A stretch of 64,000 nt of DNA from an uncultured Gemmatimonadales bacterium (GCA_963783385.1 CAWANJ010000009.1:1-64000), one strand, 5' to 3'. Positions 53,078 through 64,000 are shown, counted from the first letter of the stretch. Numbers and translations: made by a program. The notes: a model not told the origin generated them from the sequence alone.

Positions 53078-53967
53078 GGTAGCGCTCCCCCGTGTCGGGC
53101 AGCATGGCGAGGATGGCGGAGCCGGGCTCCATCTCTCCGGCCAGCTCCAGCGCCGCCGCGGCGGTGGCGCCCGACGAGATGCCGCACGAAGATTCCCTCG
53201 CGCTGCGCGAGCTGGAGCGCCACGTCGCGCGCGCTCTCGTCGGTCACCGTGCGGATCTCGTCGACGATGTCCTCGTTCAGCACCTCCGGGATGAAGTCGG
53301 GCACCCAGCCCTGGATCTTGTGGGACTGGAACTCGTCCCCCTGGAGGAGCGAGGCCACGGCGGGCTCGGCCACGACGATCCTCGTCTCCGGCCGAGCGAG
53401 CTTCAGCACCTCGCCCACGCCGGTCAGGGTGCCGCCCGTGCCCCAGCCCGTGACCCAGGCGTCCAGGCGCCGGCCCGCGAAGTCCCGGAGGATCTCGGGG
53501 CCCGTCGTCTGGCGGTGGAAGGCCGGGTTGGCCGGGTTCCGGAACTGGCGGGCGTGGAACCAGCCGTGCTTCGCGGCCAGCTCCTCGGTCTTCCGCACCA
53601 TGCCCGAGCCCTTCTCGGCCGCGGGGGTGAGGATGACCCTGGCCCCGAGGGCGCGCATGATCTGGCGGCGCTCCACGGAGAAGGCGTCGGCCATGACGGC
53701 CACGAACGGGTGGCCGCGGGCGGCGCACATCATGGCGAGGCCGATCCCGGTGTTGCCGGAGGTGGCCTCGATCACGGTCTGACCCGGCTTCAGGGCGCCG
53801 GACTTCTCGGCGTCGTCGATGATCGCGAAGGCGAGGCGGTCCTTCACCGAGCCGGTCGGGTTGAACGCCTCCACTTTCACGAACACGTCCACGCCCTCGG
53901 GCGCGAGGTGGTGGAGCCGGACGACGGGAGTGTCGCCGACCGTGTCGGCGATGCTGTCGTAGATCAT
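53013..53967 (-). CDS. cysK: Cysteine synthase (PLP), frameshift near 53185
   Basis: [39 protein letters not shown]. Confidence 0.92.
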
Positions 53968-54010
53968 GGTCCTCTCCGAAGGTGGATGTGGCGACGGCTG
54001 GCCGAGGGGG

Positions 54011-56164
54011 CTAGCGCGGCTCGCTGGCGGCGCTCGCCTGCGAGGCCCGTGCCGGTGCGCGCGGTGGCGAGGTGGGGACGGGGCCACGGTCGCGGAGGAG
54101 CTCCTGGAAGGCCGGCTCCTTCCGGAGCGGGTCCCAGACGGGGTCGACCCGGAGCCTCGCGGGCGAGAGTATGCCGCCGCTGGCCATGGCCAGGAGCTTG
54201 TCCAGGAGCTCGATGGCCTGCCGTTTCTCGCCCACCTGCGCGTACAGCTGGGCCAGGTAGGTCAGATAGCCGGGTCCGCTGACCGCGTCGCGCTCGACCG
54301 GCATGAGCTCGGCGGCGCGGCGCCCCTCGCTCACGGCCTTCTCGGCGTGGCCCAGCCCCGCCTCGGCGAAGCCCAGGGCCAGGTGGAGCTCCGGCTGGTC
54401 CGGGTGGGCCCCGAGGGCGCTTCGAGCGCGGGAGGCCACGGCCGCGTAGCTCGTCCTCGCGCCCGCCGCGTCGCCCGAGGCTCCCAGGGCCCAGGCGAGA
54501 TAGAGCTCACGGGGGAGCGCGATGTTATTGGGGTCGACCCAGCTGGCTGACGTATCCGCGCGTATCCTCCGGGCCGCCGCGGCGAAGTCCCGCCTGAACC
54601 ACTCGACAAAGAACTCGGCGCGGGCGTTGACGATGTACCGGTCGGTCCCGGGGGTGAGCGCCGCGTAGGCGGAGCCCAGCTCGTCCAGGTCCTCGCCCTT
54701 CCAGAAGAAGCGGTTCCAGAGGCGCACCAGGTGGATCTCCGAGCTGTCCCGCGCCACCCGGGCCTCCCTCGCGAAGACCGAGTCGGTCTCGGCGTAGCGG
54801 CGAAGCATCTGGTAGGTGAGCGCCAGCTGTGTGAGATTGTCGGGCTGGCGCGGATCCAGGAGGACCGCCTTCCGGAAGCCGGCGATGGCGGTCTCCCACT
54901 GCCCCAGCCGGCGGGCGATGGCGGCCAGGTCGACCTGGACCTCCGCGCTGCCGGGAAGGCTCCGGCGGGCCAGCTCCAGCTCCCGGCGCGCCCCGTCGTA
55001 GTCTCTCCGCCCCCAGTACAGGTACAGGGCCCGGGCCAGGTGGCCCTCGCCGAGGTCCGGCTGCAGGGCCAGCGCCCGGTCGGCGGCCGCCTTCGCCGCC
55101 GCCAGCCTGCCATCGGTCCGGTCGGGCGCGAAGAAGAACATCTCCATGTGCGCCTCGGCCAGCGCGGCGGCGGCCAGCGCGAAGGTCGAGTCCCGCGCCA
55201 GAGCCTGCTCGTACAGCCGAATGGCCCTGGGCATCTCCTGTGCGACCAGGGAGTTGTCATCCTTGGCGCGCTGGGCGTGGGCGTCGGCCCGCAGGTAGAG
55301 GTCGTAGGCGTTCGCGTCGGTGGTCGGTGGGGCCGTCACCCGCCGGCGCTCGGACGGCGTGAGACGGGCCTTGAGGGCGTCGGCCACCTTCTGCGCCACC
55401 TCTCCCTCCACGCCGAACACGTTGTCGAGTGTGCGCGTGTAATCCTGCGCCCACAGATGCGCGTCCGTGTGGGCGTCGATGAGCTGCACGTTGATGAGGA
55501 CCTGGTTCCCGGCCCGCTGGACGCTTCCCTCTAGCATGGTCGCTACGCCCAGCTCCTGGGCGATCTGCCGGAGGTTCCCGGGGCGGCTCCCGTACTGCTC
55601 CGTGGAGGTGCGGGAGATGACCTTGATGTCCCCGACCCCCGCCAGCTTGGTGAGGATCATGTCCTGCATGCCACCGGCGAAGTAGGCGTTGGAGCTGTCG
55701 CCGCTCAGGCTCTCGAAGGGGAGCACGGCCACCGAGCGGGCCGGGATGGAGTCGGAGGCCGCCGCGCCCGGCGACCCGCCGGCCGACGCGGCCCGGTGGT
55801 GGGGCCCGAACCGGCCCCAGGCCAGGACGACGACGGCCACGACGAGGCTGGCGATGATCGCGTTGTTGAGTCCGCGGCCCACCCGGCGCTCGGCCTCGCG
55901 CGGGCGGGCGGCCGCGGAGCCCTCGGGCACCGTGCGGCGCACGCCCTCCGGGGTGATCTCGAAGGCCCATGCCAGGACGAGGGCGATCGGGAAGAGGAGC
56001 GCGACCATCGCCACGAGGACCTTGAGCACCCAGGGAGGCGCGCCGAAAGTCGGGAGAAGGAAGGCGGCGAGCTGGAGGACGACCCAGCCGGCGGCCGCGT
56101 AGGCGACCGCGACCCGCACGACGTGACGCCGCTTGAGCTCGCGCAGCAGGTTGGAGCCGCTCAT
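54011..56164 (-). CDS. Membrane-anchored TolB-like/TPR protein, paralog 1
   Basis: ELKRRHVVRVA..Y, WAFEITPEG, SVAVLPF, LEGSVQRAG, TPR repeats, DPVWDPLR. Confidence 0.85.
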   Translation of the reverse strand: MSGSNLLRELKRRHVVRVAVAYAAAGWVVLQLAAFLLPTFGAPPWVLKVLVAMVALLFPIALVLAWAFEITPEGVRRTVPEGSAAARPREAERRVGRGLNNAIIASLVVAVVVLAWGRFGPHHRAASAGGSPGAAASDSIPARSVAVLPFESLSGDSSNAYFAGGMQDMILTKLAGVGDIKVISRTSTEQYGSRPGNLRQIAQELGVATMLEGSVQRAGNQVLINVQLIDAHTDAHLWAQDYTRTLDNVFGVEGEVAQKVADALKARLTPSERRRVTAPPTTDANAYDLYLRADAHAQRAKDDNSLVAQEMPRAIRLYEQALARDSTFALAAAALAEAHMEMFFFAPDRTDGRLAAAKAAADRALALQPDLGEGHLARALYLYWGRRDYDGARRELELARRSLPGSAEVQVDLAAIARRLGQWETAIAGFRKAVLLDPRQPDNLTQLALTYQMLRRYAETDSVFAREARVARDSSEIHLVRLWNRFFWKGEDLDELGSAYAALTPGTDRYIVNARAEFFVEWFRRDFAAAARRIRADTSASWVDPNNIALPRELYLAWALGASGDAAGARTSYAAVASRARSALGAHPDQPELHLALGFAEAGLGHAEKAVSEGRRAAELMPVERDAVSGPGYLTYLAQLYAQVGEKRQAIELLDKLLAMASGGILSPARLRVDPVWDPLRKEPAFQELLRDRGPVPTSPPRAPARASQASAASEPR

Positions 56165-56521
56165 GCCACTCCGGGGTGTCGGGGAGCGATCGCGGGGGCC
56201 GAAGGCTCCGGACCACCGACGAGGAACGTAGATTCGGCCCCAGGATGGCGCAATGTGGAAGGCCCCGCATGCTCCCCGGCACGCACTTCATTATTCGACC
56301 GGAGACGCGTCGCGGCGCGCCCGCGCTACGGTCGCCGATGCCCGTGCATCGCAGGGTCTTGCGGGAAGGATTCGGCGCACCTAGCCTTCAGGGTTCCCCG
56401 AATTCCTTGTCCCGGCCCAGCCGCCGCCGGCCACGTGGCCGACCCGGCACTTGACGAGGCTCTTCCGGCGCCGCTCCTGGCGCCGAGTCGCGTTCCCCAT
56501 TTCCCTACGGGAGGTGCCTGC

Positions 56522-57289
56522 ATGAGAGTCTTCCGCAACACGCTTCTCGCCCTGGTCGCGGCCCTGGCCGTGCTGGGCTCGACCCGGGTCCAGGCCCAGG
56601 CGCACAACGTGGCCATGGTGTACCGGTTCACGCCGGCGGCGGGCAAGACCGCCGCGTTCGAGAAGGCCCTCGCCAGCCACGCCGCCTGGCGAAAGCAGGC
56701 CGGCGATCCGTGGGACTGGTCGGTCTACCAGGTGCTGACGGGCGAACACGCGGGCAGCTACATGATCCGCTCGGGCGGTCACACGTGGGCCGACCTGGAC
56801 GCGTACGACGCCGGGTTCGGACCCAAGGGAAGCGCGCGCTTCCAGGCGAACGTCGAGCCGCTGGTGGGGTCCTGGACCAGCATGGTCACGGTCGGTGACA
56901 CGGCCCACGAGCGCCTGCCCGAGTCCGCGGGTGGCTATGCGATGATCTCGCTGTCCTTCTACTCCGTCAAGCCGGGTCATGGAGACCAGTTCGACGCGGC
57001 GGTCCAAGCGGTCCAGAAGGCCGTGGTGGACCAGAAGGCCCCGTTCCACTACGCCTGGTTCAGCGTCATGGACAGTGGGCTGGGCGGAGTGCGGGGGCTG
57101 GCCATCTTCCACAAGAACTGGGCGGACTTCCAGCCGCAGCACCCGAACCTGGGCGAGATCATGAACCAGGAGTACGGGCAGGCGATGGCCGGTCAGATCT
57201 TCGACGAGTTCAGCGGGTCCTACTCGCACATGGTGTCGCAGATCATGCGCGCCAGGCCGGATCTCTCCGTCATGCACGAGGGAAGCTGA
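56522..57289 (+). CDS. Secreted hypothetical protein (two ferredoxin/NIPSNAP-like repeats)
   Basis: Signal peptide, RBS GGAGG; repeated (P/K)..G...F...W.D pattern; ends RPDLS. Confidence 0.7.
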   Translation: MRVFRNTLLALVAALAVLGSTRVQAQAHNVAMVYRFTPAAGKTAAFEKALASHAAWRKQAGDPWDWSVYQVLTGEHAGSYMIRSGGHTWADLDAYDAGFGPKGSARFQANVEPLVGSWTSMVTVGDTAHERLPESAGGYAMISLSFYSVKPGHGDQFDAAVQAVQKAVVDQKAPFHYAWFSVMDSGLGGVRGLAIFHKNWADFQPQHPNLGEIMNQEYGQAMAGQIFDEFSGSYSHMVSQIMRARPDLSVMHEGS

Positions 57290-57398
57290 GACAGCGCGGC
57301 GCCAGGCTCGGTGAGCCCGGCGCCGCCTTCCGGGCTGGCTGACCGGCCGCCCGCGCGTTATCCTCGGATTTCATTCCATCCAAGATCCGGGAGGCTCC

Positions 57399-58325
57399 AT
57401 GCGCCGGACCCATGCCAGCGCCCTGCTGCCGCTCGCCCTCCTCGCCTTCGCCTGCTCCCGCCCGGCCGACCGGGCCGCGTCGGATGCCGATGTCGCGGCC
57501 ACCGCGCGGGTCGGCGGGTCCCCGCAGGAAGTCGCGCTACCACCCGCCGGTTCGGGCGCCGTCCAGGCCCTCGACGCGTCGCCCCGCCACGGGGAGTGGG
57601 ACATGATCCAGGTGGCGGGGGGCGACAGCGTGCGGGCCTGGGTCGTGTATCCCGAGCGGAGCGACGCGGCGCCCGTCGTGATCGTGGTGCACGAGATCTT
57701 CGGGCTCACGCACTGGGTGCGCGCGGTGGCCGACCACCTGGCCTCGGAGGGCTTCATCGCCGTGGCCCCGGATCTCCTCTCAGGCCAGACGATCCCGACC
57801 GACTCGATCGGCGACCCGCGCCGCGACGAGGCCGTGGCGGCCATCCGGAAGCTGGACCCGGCGCAGGTGGACCGGCGGCTGAAGGCGGCGGCCCGCTGGG
57901 CCACGGCCCTTCCCTCGGCCACCAAGAAGTACGGGATCGTGGGCTTCTGCTGGGGCGGCTCCACCGTGTTCGCGCAGGCCACGCGCGACCCCGACCTGTC
58001 GGCGACGGTGGTCTACTACGGGACCTCGCCGGACCGCGAGGCCCTCTCCCACGTGGAGTCGCCCGTCCTCGGACTGTACGGGGGCGACGACGACCGGGTG
58101 GTCTCCACCGTGCCGCCGGCCGACACGGCCATGCGGGCCATGGGGAAGACCTACGAGCCCCACGTGTTCGAGGGGGCGGGGCACGGGTTCCTGCGGGCGC
58201 AGGAGGGCCGCGACGGGGCGAACATGAAGGCCACCGAGCAGGCGTGGCCGCTCACGGTCGGCTGGTTCAGGAAGTACCTGGAGGGCGGGGCTTCCGCCTC
58301 GGAGTCGGAGACCTCGGGGAGCTGA
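57399..58325 (+). CDS. Dienelactone hydrolase-family lipoprotein
   Basis: Lipobox AFAC; HEIFGL, GFCWGG, GAGHGF. Confidence 0.92.
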   Translation: MRRTHASALLPLALLAFACSRPADRAASDADVAATARVGGSPQEVALPPAGSGAVQALDASPRHGEWDMIQVAGGDSVRAWVVYPERSDAAPVVIVVHEIFGLTHWVRAVADHLASEGFIAVAPDLLSGQTIPTDSIGDPRRDEAVAAIRKLDPAQVDRRLKAAARWATALPSATKKYGIVGFCWGGSTVFAQATRDPDLSATVVYYGTSPDREALSHVESPVLGLYGGDDDRVVSTVPPADTAMRAMGKTYEPHVFEGAGHGFLRAQEGRDGANMKATEQAWPLTVGWFRKYLEGGASASESETSGS

Positions 58326-58383
58326 GGGGCAGCTCACGCCCGGCCCCTAAGGGCCGCCGCGCGGCGAGCCGGCTCGTCCCCGC

Positions 58384-58803
58384 TTACGAGCCCCGTCGAC
58401 CTCCCGGCGCCGACCGGGACCGCAGCCCCTCGCCGATCCGGTAGCGCGCGGCGAAGTCCTCGTCCACGCGGAACAGGTCGCCGAAGTCTTCGATGCGGTC
58501 GTCCTCGCTCAGGGACACCGCGCCGTGCTCGACGAGCTGTGACACGATGCGGCCGATGTCCTCCGAGGCGTGGATCCCCCAGCTCGCCAGCACCGTGTCG
58601 CCGAGGACTCCGAAGTACCGGGCCGCCAGCTCGAGCACGCCCTCGGCGCACTCGCGGGCGGTGAGTTGCCGGTGCTCGGGGAGGCGGGAGAGGGTGAGCG
58701 TGAGGCTTTCGCTCACCAGGGCGTAGGCCCGGGGGTCGTACCGGTGCCGCTCGACTCGGCGCCGCCGGGGCTCGTGGGATCGCTTCGCGGTCTCGTCGTC
58801 CAT
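58384..58803 (-). CDS. Minf_1886-family protein
   Basis: RYDPRAY, FGVLG.TVL..WGI...EDIG.IV..LVE, D..EDF. Confidence 0.75.
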   Translation of the reverse strand: MDDETAKRSHEPRRRRVERHRYDPRAYALVSESLTLTLSRLPEHRQLTARECAEGVLELAARYFGVLGDTVLASWGIHASEDIGRIVSQLVEHGAVSLSEDDRIEDFGDLFRVDEDFAARYRIGEGLRSRSAPGGRRGS

Positions 58804-59132
58804 GGTCGCCCCGCGGTGGGGGGAAGGGAGCCGCCCGGTGCGGGGCTCCAGCTTCGCATCCGGCGTTCCGGCAGCGCTGCGAGATGCGTGGACACGATAA
58901 GTGCATGGAGGAGCGGTCGTTGCGGGGCGGCCAGTCGCGGGGAAGGGGCAGCGGGACGATCCGGCGCTCCCCTCATTCTGCCCGAGATGTGCATTCTGCG
59001 GGAGCCCCGGTCAGCCGCCCGCGACGCGGCAGGGCAGCAGGCGGGGCGGTGGCCGCCGCGGGGCTTAGCGGTGTGGGCAACGGCGTGGCAGGCGGGCGCT
59101 ATGGCTTCGGGGTTCGCGGCGGGCACCGCCCC

Positions 59133-59940
59133 TCACGCCCCGAGCGCCTCCAGCCACAGCCGCCGGACCTCGCTGGCGCCGCGGGCGGAGGGCTCGATCA
59201 CCAGGTGCCGCCAGTACCAGCGGGCCGCCGGGTCGGGCTCGGTGAGGCCGTGGCCGAGGAAGCGGTCGTGGATGGGGACGACGCTCGCATGCGTACCGCG
59301 GGCGATCGCTTCCACGCGGCGGTTGAAGGCCGCCAGCGCGTCGAGCTCGCGCGGACGAGCCACCCCGTCCCCCAGGTCGCCTGTCCCGTCGCTCGGGTCA
59401 TAGACCGTTCCCACCAGGATGGTCGCTGCAGGGAAGCGGGCACGGAGGTCGGCGACCACGCGCTCCAGGGTGCGGGCCGCCTCCTCGACGAGCTGGCGCG
59501 CCGGGCCGGGGGCTCCGAGGGGCAGGGCCCGCCGGGCCCACGCCCAGCAGCCCCACCAGGTCGTTCCCCCCGGCGGTGAGCGTCACGAGGACCGGCGCCT
59601 GGATCTCCTCCGGGATGCGTGGGAGCTGGAAGCGGAGCACGCTGGCGGTGGTGGCCCCATCCTCGGCCAGGGCCACATGCCGGATGTCAGGGCACAGCGA
59701 GACGAGATCCCGGCCAGCGAACGCCGGCCAGCGGCGGTCGTCGTTCCGGTGGAGGAGGGCGGCGGCGCCGAGCCCGGGCGGCATCTGCGGCAGGCGCTCG
59801 CGCTCGGCGGCGTCGAGGCCCGGGTAGAGGTCGATCGAGATGCTGTCGCCAAGGGAGAGGTAGGTGCGGAAGGCGGGGAGGAATGAGGGATCCTCCTCGG
59901 TCTCCGGCTGCCGGACGAGCGGGGCTCGGTTCACTTCCAT
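59133..59940 (-). CDS. SGNH/GDSL hydrolase (frameshifted)
   Basis: LGDSISID, DGATT, TAGGND, VYDPSDG, IEP. Confidence 0.8.
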
Positions 59941-60361
59941 GGCTCCGGTCAGCGCTCGAGCCGAGGCACCTGCGCGAGAAGGCGGGCCAGCGTGCCGGCG
60001 CGGCGCGCGCGCCCCCGGAAGCGGGCGTGGGGGCCCAGCGACGTCAAGGGGAGGGCTCGTCCGGGGGATCGGCATCGAGTCGAGCCAGCCTGGCAGGCTC
60101 TCGCCCCGGGACTCCGCCGATCTGGCGGATGCGCATCGTGATCGGGCAGCCGCGTTGCCGCGTGCGACGGTCCGGCTCGAGAACGTCCTCGTCCCGTGAT
60201 TCCGCCACGTTCGGAGCCCCTGGGCGGCGTTTGTCGACCATTGACGTGACCCGATTCCAAAGATTTAGGCAGGGCTCAATTCGTGCGGTAGAGAGGAAGT
60301 ATCTACTCCACATTCGAATGAATGGCGCCCCGCGACCGGGGCGAACCTCCGGGAGGAACCG

Positions 60362-60682
60362 ATGGCTACCGACTGGACAGCCGACGTCAAGAAGTACGCG
60401 ACGAAGCCGGACGAGAAGGCGATCGCCGGCATCGTCAAGTACTGCGGACCGTCCCTCAAGAACCGGGACGCGGCGCTGGTCTCGTTCACCGACAAGGATG
60501 AGCTCAAGCGCGTGCGGGAGGGCTTCCTCAAGAAGAAGCTCGGCCTCACGAAGCCCGACGCCGAGCTCGACAAGGCGATCGAGGTCGTCGGCGGCAAGAT
60601 GAAGAAGGACCACACCAGGAACCGGGTCACCGTCTACTACCTGCTGGCGGAGCATTTCGGGAAGCTGCCGTCGCTCAACTGA
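60362..60682 (+). CDS. DUF2853-family protein
   Basis: RDAALVS.TD..EL..VR..FLKKKLGL, RVTVYYLLA. Confidence 0.85.
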   Translation: MATDWTADVKKYATKPDEKAIAGIVKYCGPSLKNRDAALVSFTDKDELKRVREGFLKKKLGLTKPDAELDKAIEVVGGKMKKDHTRNRVTVYYLLAEHFGKLPSLN

Positions 60683-60792
60683 GCGCGGACAATGACGGCC
60701 GGGGGCGCGGTATGCCCCCGGCTCCAGGGCCAGGGGAAGGTGCGCTGCTCCCCAGGCCCACATCACCGGGATCCGAGCACGGGGAGGACACC

Positions 60793-61164
60793 ATGAGCAT
60801 CTTCGAGAAGATCCTGTCCAGGGTCTTCGGACCGGCGCCCACCGCCGAGCCCGAGACCGTAACCACCGGCGTGGCCACCGCGCCTCGGCCAGAAGTGTTG
60901 CCGATCTCGAGGGCCGAGGTCGAGGCCATGATCGAGAAGCTCGCGAGCGCGAAGAACCAGAAATTCAACTGGAGGGAGTCGATCGTCGACCTCATGAAGC
61001 TGCTCGGCCTGGACAGCAGTCTGGCCGCCCGCAAGGAGCTGGCGCGGGAGCTCGGCTACACCGGCGCCCTCGACGGCTCGGCGAAGATGAACCTGTGGCT
61101 GCACGAGCAGGTCATGCAGAAGCTGGCCGAGAGCGGAGGCCAGGTCCCCGACAGCCTGAAGTGA
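60793..61164 (+). CDS. DUF3597-family protein
   Basis: NWRESIVDLMKLLGLDSSLAARKELA.ELGY, MN.WLH..VM.KLA..GG.VP. Confidence 0.88.
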   Translation: MSIFEKILSRVFGPAPTAEPETVTTGVATAPRPEVLPISRAEVEAMIEKLASAKNQKFNWRESIVDLMKLLGLDSSLAARKELARELGYTGALDGSAKMNLWLHEQVMQKLAESGGQVPDSLK

Positions 61165-61175
61165 GGGAGACGCCG

Positions 61176-61786
61176 ATGCAAGTCACGGACATCCTGGCCC
61201 GGCTGGGCGGACTGACAGTCGATGGCACGCGAGCTGGGCGTGAGCGAAGAGCAGGCGGCGAGCGGGACCGAGGCGCTCGCCCCTGCGCTCCTGGGCGGCT
61301 TCAAGAAGCAGGCGCAATCCCACCCGGCGGGCCTCGAAGGGCTCGGCGGCCTGCTAGGGCAGCTGGGCGGGGGCGACTTGCTGGAGAACGTGCTCTGGCA
61401 TCGCAGCCGACGGACGTGAGCCGCGGAAACGAGGTCCTCGGGCCAGATCTTCGGCTCCAAGGACGTGAGCCGGGCAGTGCGCGCAGCGCCGCGTCCTCGA
61501 AGACCGGGCTCGACCCGGCCCTGCTCAAGAAGATGCTGCCGATGCTGGCGATGGCGGTGGCCGGCTTCATGGCGAAGCAGCACGCGGCGTCCGCGGCGGC
61601 CCAGCCCCTACCGGCGAAGCGGCGAGCTCGGCGGCCTGGTGGACGGTTTCCTGGGCGGCAAGGGAGCCGGCGCCGCCGCGGCCGGGACAGGGGGCGCAGT
61701 GGGGGCTCGCCTCGCTGCTGGACCTGGACCGCGACGGCAACCCGCTCGACGACATCCTGTCCCTGGCCGGCAAGGCGCTGCGCTGA
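61176..61786 (+). CDS. DUF937-family protein (frameshifted)
   Basis: MARELGVSEEQA, GNEVLGQIFGSKDVSR, LKKMLPMLA, LLDLDRDGNPLDDIL. Confidence 0.8.
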
Positions 61787-61860
61787 ACGCGGGCGTCGCC
61801 GTATGAAGGACGGCCGGGTTCCGGGAGAGGCGGACGTCTCCGACGGGGAGGAGTGAGGAC

Positions 61861-62115
61861 ATGAGTTGGATCGTGACGCTGATCCTGGGCGGGATCGTCG
61901 GCTGGCTGGCCAGCATCATCATGAAGACGAACGCCCAGATGGGCATGATCGCCAACGTGCTGGTGGGTATGGGCGGCTCGGCGCTGGGCTACTGGATCGC
62001 GGGCCTCCTGGGCATGGCGCCGACGGGCGGGATCGGGCGCTTCATCGTGGCGCTGATCGGCGCGGTGATCCTGATCTTCCTTCTGCGCAAGGTCGGGATG
62101 TTTCGGAAGGCGTGA
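61861..62115 (+). CDS. GlsB/YeaQ/YmgE-family membrane protein
   Basis: GGIVGWLAS.IM, NVLVG..GS.LG, ALIGAVIL. Confidence 0.9.
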   Translation: MSWIVTLILGGIVGWLASIIMKTNAQMGMIANVLVGMGGSALGYWIAGLLGMAPTGGIGRFIVALIGAVILIFLLRKVGMFRKA

Positions 62116-62128
62116 GAGCCGCCGAGGG

Positions 62129-64000
62129 TCAGTCCTGCTCGGTCGTCGAGCTGCTCGAGGCCGGCGGTGGGGGCGAGGCCTGACGCGTCAGCGTCTGGAA
62201 GGCCGGCTCCTTCCGGAGCGCGTCCCAGGTGGGGTCGATGCGGAGCCTGGTGCGGGACATGATGCCCCCGGCCGGGAGGTCCAGGAGCTGCCCGAGGAGG
62301 CCGATCGCGGCCTCCTTGTCCCCGACCCGCGTGTCGATCCACGCCATCCACACCAGGAACTCGGGGCCCGTCACGGCGTCGCGGCTCACCGGCATGAGCT
62401 CGAGCGCGCCCCGGCCCTCGCTCAGCGCCTCGTCCTTCCGGCCCAGCCCGGCGGCGGCCAGGGCCAGGTGGAGGTCCGCGTCGTCCGGCCGCTTCGCGAG
62501 GAGCGTCCGCACCCGGGCGCGAACGGCCGCGTAGCTCTCGCGCGCGGGCCCGGTCCGACCGGCCCGCTCCTGGGCCATGCCCATGTACAGGAGGCGGGGG
62601 AGCACGACGTTGTTGCGCGAGGCCCAGTTCGTCGTGGTGTCCGAGCGCGCCGCCTCCACCGCCGCGCTGAAGTCGCGGCGGAGGTAGGCCAGCCAGTAGC
62701 GGTCCGTCAAGGTGAGGGCGTAGTCGGGGCTCCCGGACTTCACGCGGGCGAGGACGGCGGCGATGGGCCCCAGGTCTCCCGACCGGTACACGGCGTTCCA
62801 TCCCCGGAACCCCTCATCGGAGAGTGTGTCGCCGTCGATGGCCAGCGCCCGTTCCGAGGCCGAGTCCGCCGCGTCGTAGCGCCGCAGCATCTGGTAGGTG
62901 AGCGACAGCTGGCCGTAAGGGCCGGGATCGCGCGGGTCGAGCAGGGCGGCCCGCTTGAAGGCGTCCACGGCCTTCTCCATCGCCCCCTGGCGGCGAAGGA
63001 TCGCCGCCAGGCTGAGCTCGACCTGGGCGCTGTTGGGCAGCGCTTGCCGGGCCAACTCGAGCTGGGCGACGGCGGCGTCGTAGTCCCGGTGGCCCCAGTA
63101 CTCGTATTCGGCCAGCGCCTGGTGGCCCTCGCCCAGGTCGGGCTGCAGAGCCAGGGATCGGTCGGCCGCGGCCTTCGCGGCCGCCAGGCGGGCCCCGGTT
63201 CGGTCCGGGGCGAACCAGTACATGGCCAGGTGCGCCTGGGCGAGCTCCGCCCACGCCAGCGCGAAGGTCGAGTCGCGAGCCAGCGCCTGCTCGTACAGTC
63301 GGATGGCCGGGGGCATCTCCTCCGTCGTCCGGCCGTTGTTGTCGGTCCCCCGGCGGAAGTGGGCGTCGGCCTTGAGGTAGAGCTCGTAGGCGGCCGCGTT
63401 CGTGGTCGGCGGGGCGGCCACGCGCTCGCGCTCGGACGCCGTGAGGCGGGCCTGGAGCGCGTCTGCCACCTTGCCCGCCACCTCGCCCTCGACCCCGAAC
63501 ACGTTGTCGAGCGTGCGCGTGTAGTACTGCGCCCACAGGTGGCCGTTCGTGCGGGCGTTGATGAGCTGGACGTTGATGAGCACCTGGTTCCCCGAGCGTT
63601 GCACGCTCCCCTCGAGAACCGCGGCGACGCCCAGCTCCCGGCCCACGCTCCGCAGGTCCTCCGGCTGGCTGCCGTAGCGCTCCGTCGACGTGCGCGCGAT
63701 GACCTTGAGATCGCCCAGACCCGCGAGCTTGGTCAGGATCATGTCCTGCATGCCGCCGGCGAAGAAGGCGTTGGCGCTGTCGGTGCTCAGGTTCTCGAAC
63801 GGGAGGACCGCGATCGAGCGGGCCGGAATGGAATCGGCCTCCGGGGAGGACCCGGAGGCCCGGTCCGCGGCCCCGGACGCGAAGTCGACCGCGTGTCCCG
63901 GCCCGAAGCGGCTCCAGGCGAGGACCGCGACGGCCACCAGGAGGCCGGCAATGATCGCCACGTTGAGGCCCCGGCCTACACCGCGGGCGACCTCCGGGGG
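62129..64000 (-). CDS. TolB-like/TPR protein, paralog 2 (5' end outside window)
   Basis: SIAVLPFENLS, GMQDMILTKLAG, TPRs; clear paralog of 54011-56164. Confidence 0.85.
   Translation of the reverse strand, partial: PPEVARGVGRGLNVAIIAGLLVAVAVLAWSRFGPGHAVDFASGAADRASGSSPEADSIPARSIAVLPFENLSTDSANAFFAGGMQDMILTKLAGLGDLKVIARTSTERYGSQPEDLRSVGRELGVAAVLEGSVQRSGNQVLINVQLINARTNGHLWAQYYTRTLDNVFGVEGEVAGKVADALQARLTASERERVAAPPTTNAAAYELYLKADAHFRRGTDNNGRTTEEMPPAIRLYEQALARDSTFALAWAELAQAHLAMYWFAPDRTGARLAAAKAAADRSLALQPDLGEGHQALAEYEYWGHRDYDAAVAQLELARQALPNSAQVELSLAAILRRQGAMEKAVDAFKRAALLDPRDPGPYGQLSLTYQMLRRYDAADSASERALAIDGDTLSDEGFRGWNAVYRSGDLGPIAAVLARVKSGSPDYALTLTDRYWLAYLRRDFSAAVEAARSDTTTNWASRNNVVLPRLLYMGMAQERAGRTGPARESYAAVRARVRTLLAKRPDDADLHLALAAAGLGRKDEALSEGRGALELMPVSRDAVTGPEFLVWMAWIDTRVGDKEAAIGLLGQLLDLPAGGIMSRTRLRIDPTWDALRKEPAFQTLTRQASPPPPASSSSTTEQD

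Noticed and set aside
1-64000. Programmed frameshifting or mass pseudogenisation
   Set aside because: Indels hit conserved enzymes (cysK, mmuM, ABC transporter, CocE) at scattered positions and differ between duplicate copies; long-read error is the simpler explanation

Overview
High-GC bacterial accessory region. The gene content (TolB-like/TPR paralogs, S9, M42 and S58 peptidases, CocE hydrolase, Minf_1886 protein) is compatible with Gemmatimonadota, but this assignment is inference. Many genes are split by single-base indels, which looks like an unpolished long-read assembly. Positions 1-12 kb hold a tandemly repeated defence-like unit: PLD/HKD-SF2 helicase-DUF3427, a NucS-like PD-(D/E)XK nuclease on the opposite strand, and an HTH + uncharacterised protein X operon. 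A GNAT gene and an intact AbiEi/AbiEii pair lie between the copies. Both proteins of the HTH-X operon end in the same C-terminal motif V-R-[DE]-G-x-W-stop, and an orphan copy of that tail occurs at 30.1 kb; this is the best candidate for an undescribed system. The rest of the window mixes metabolic genes (pgm, rimK operon, cysK, mmuM) with seven intact or decayed toxin-antitoxin modules, HNH, HIT and RecB/Cas4-like nucleases and gene remnants (IS481, baeRF3). It also carries a DsbA-like selenoprotein (UxxC, in-frame TGA plus SECIS-like hairpin) that the ORF track misses. No tRNA, rRNA, CRISPR array or integrase was recognised.
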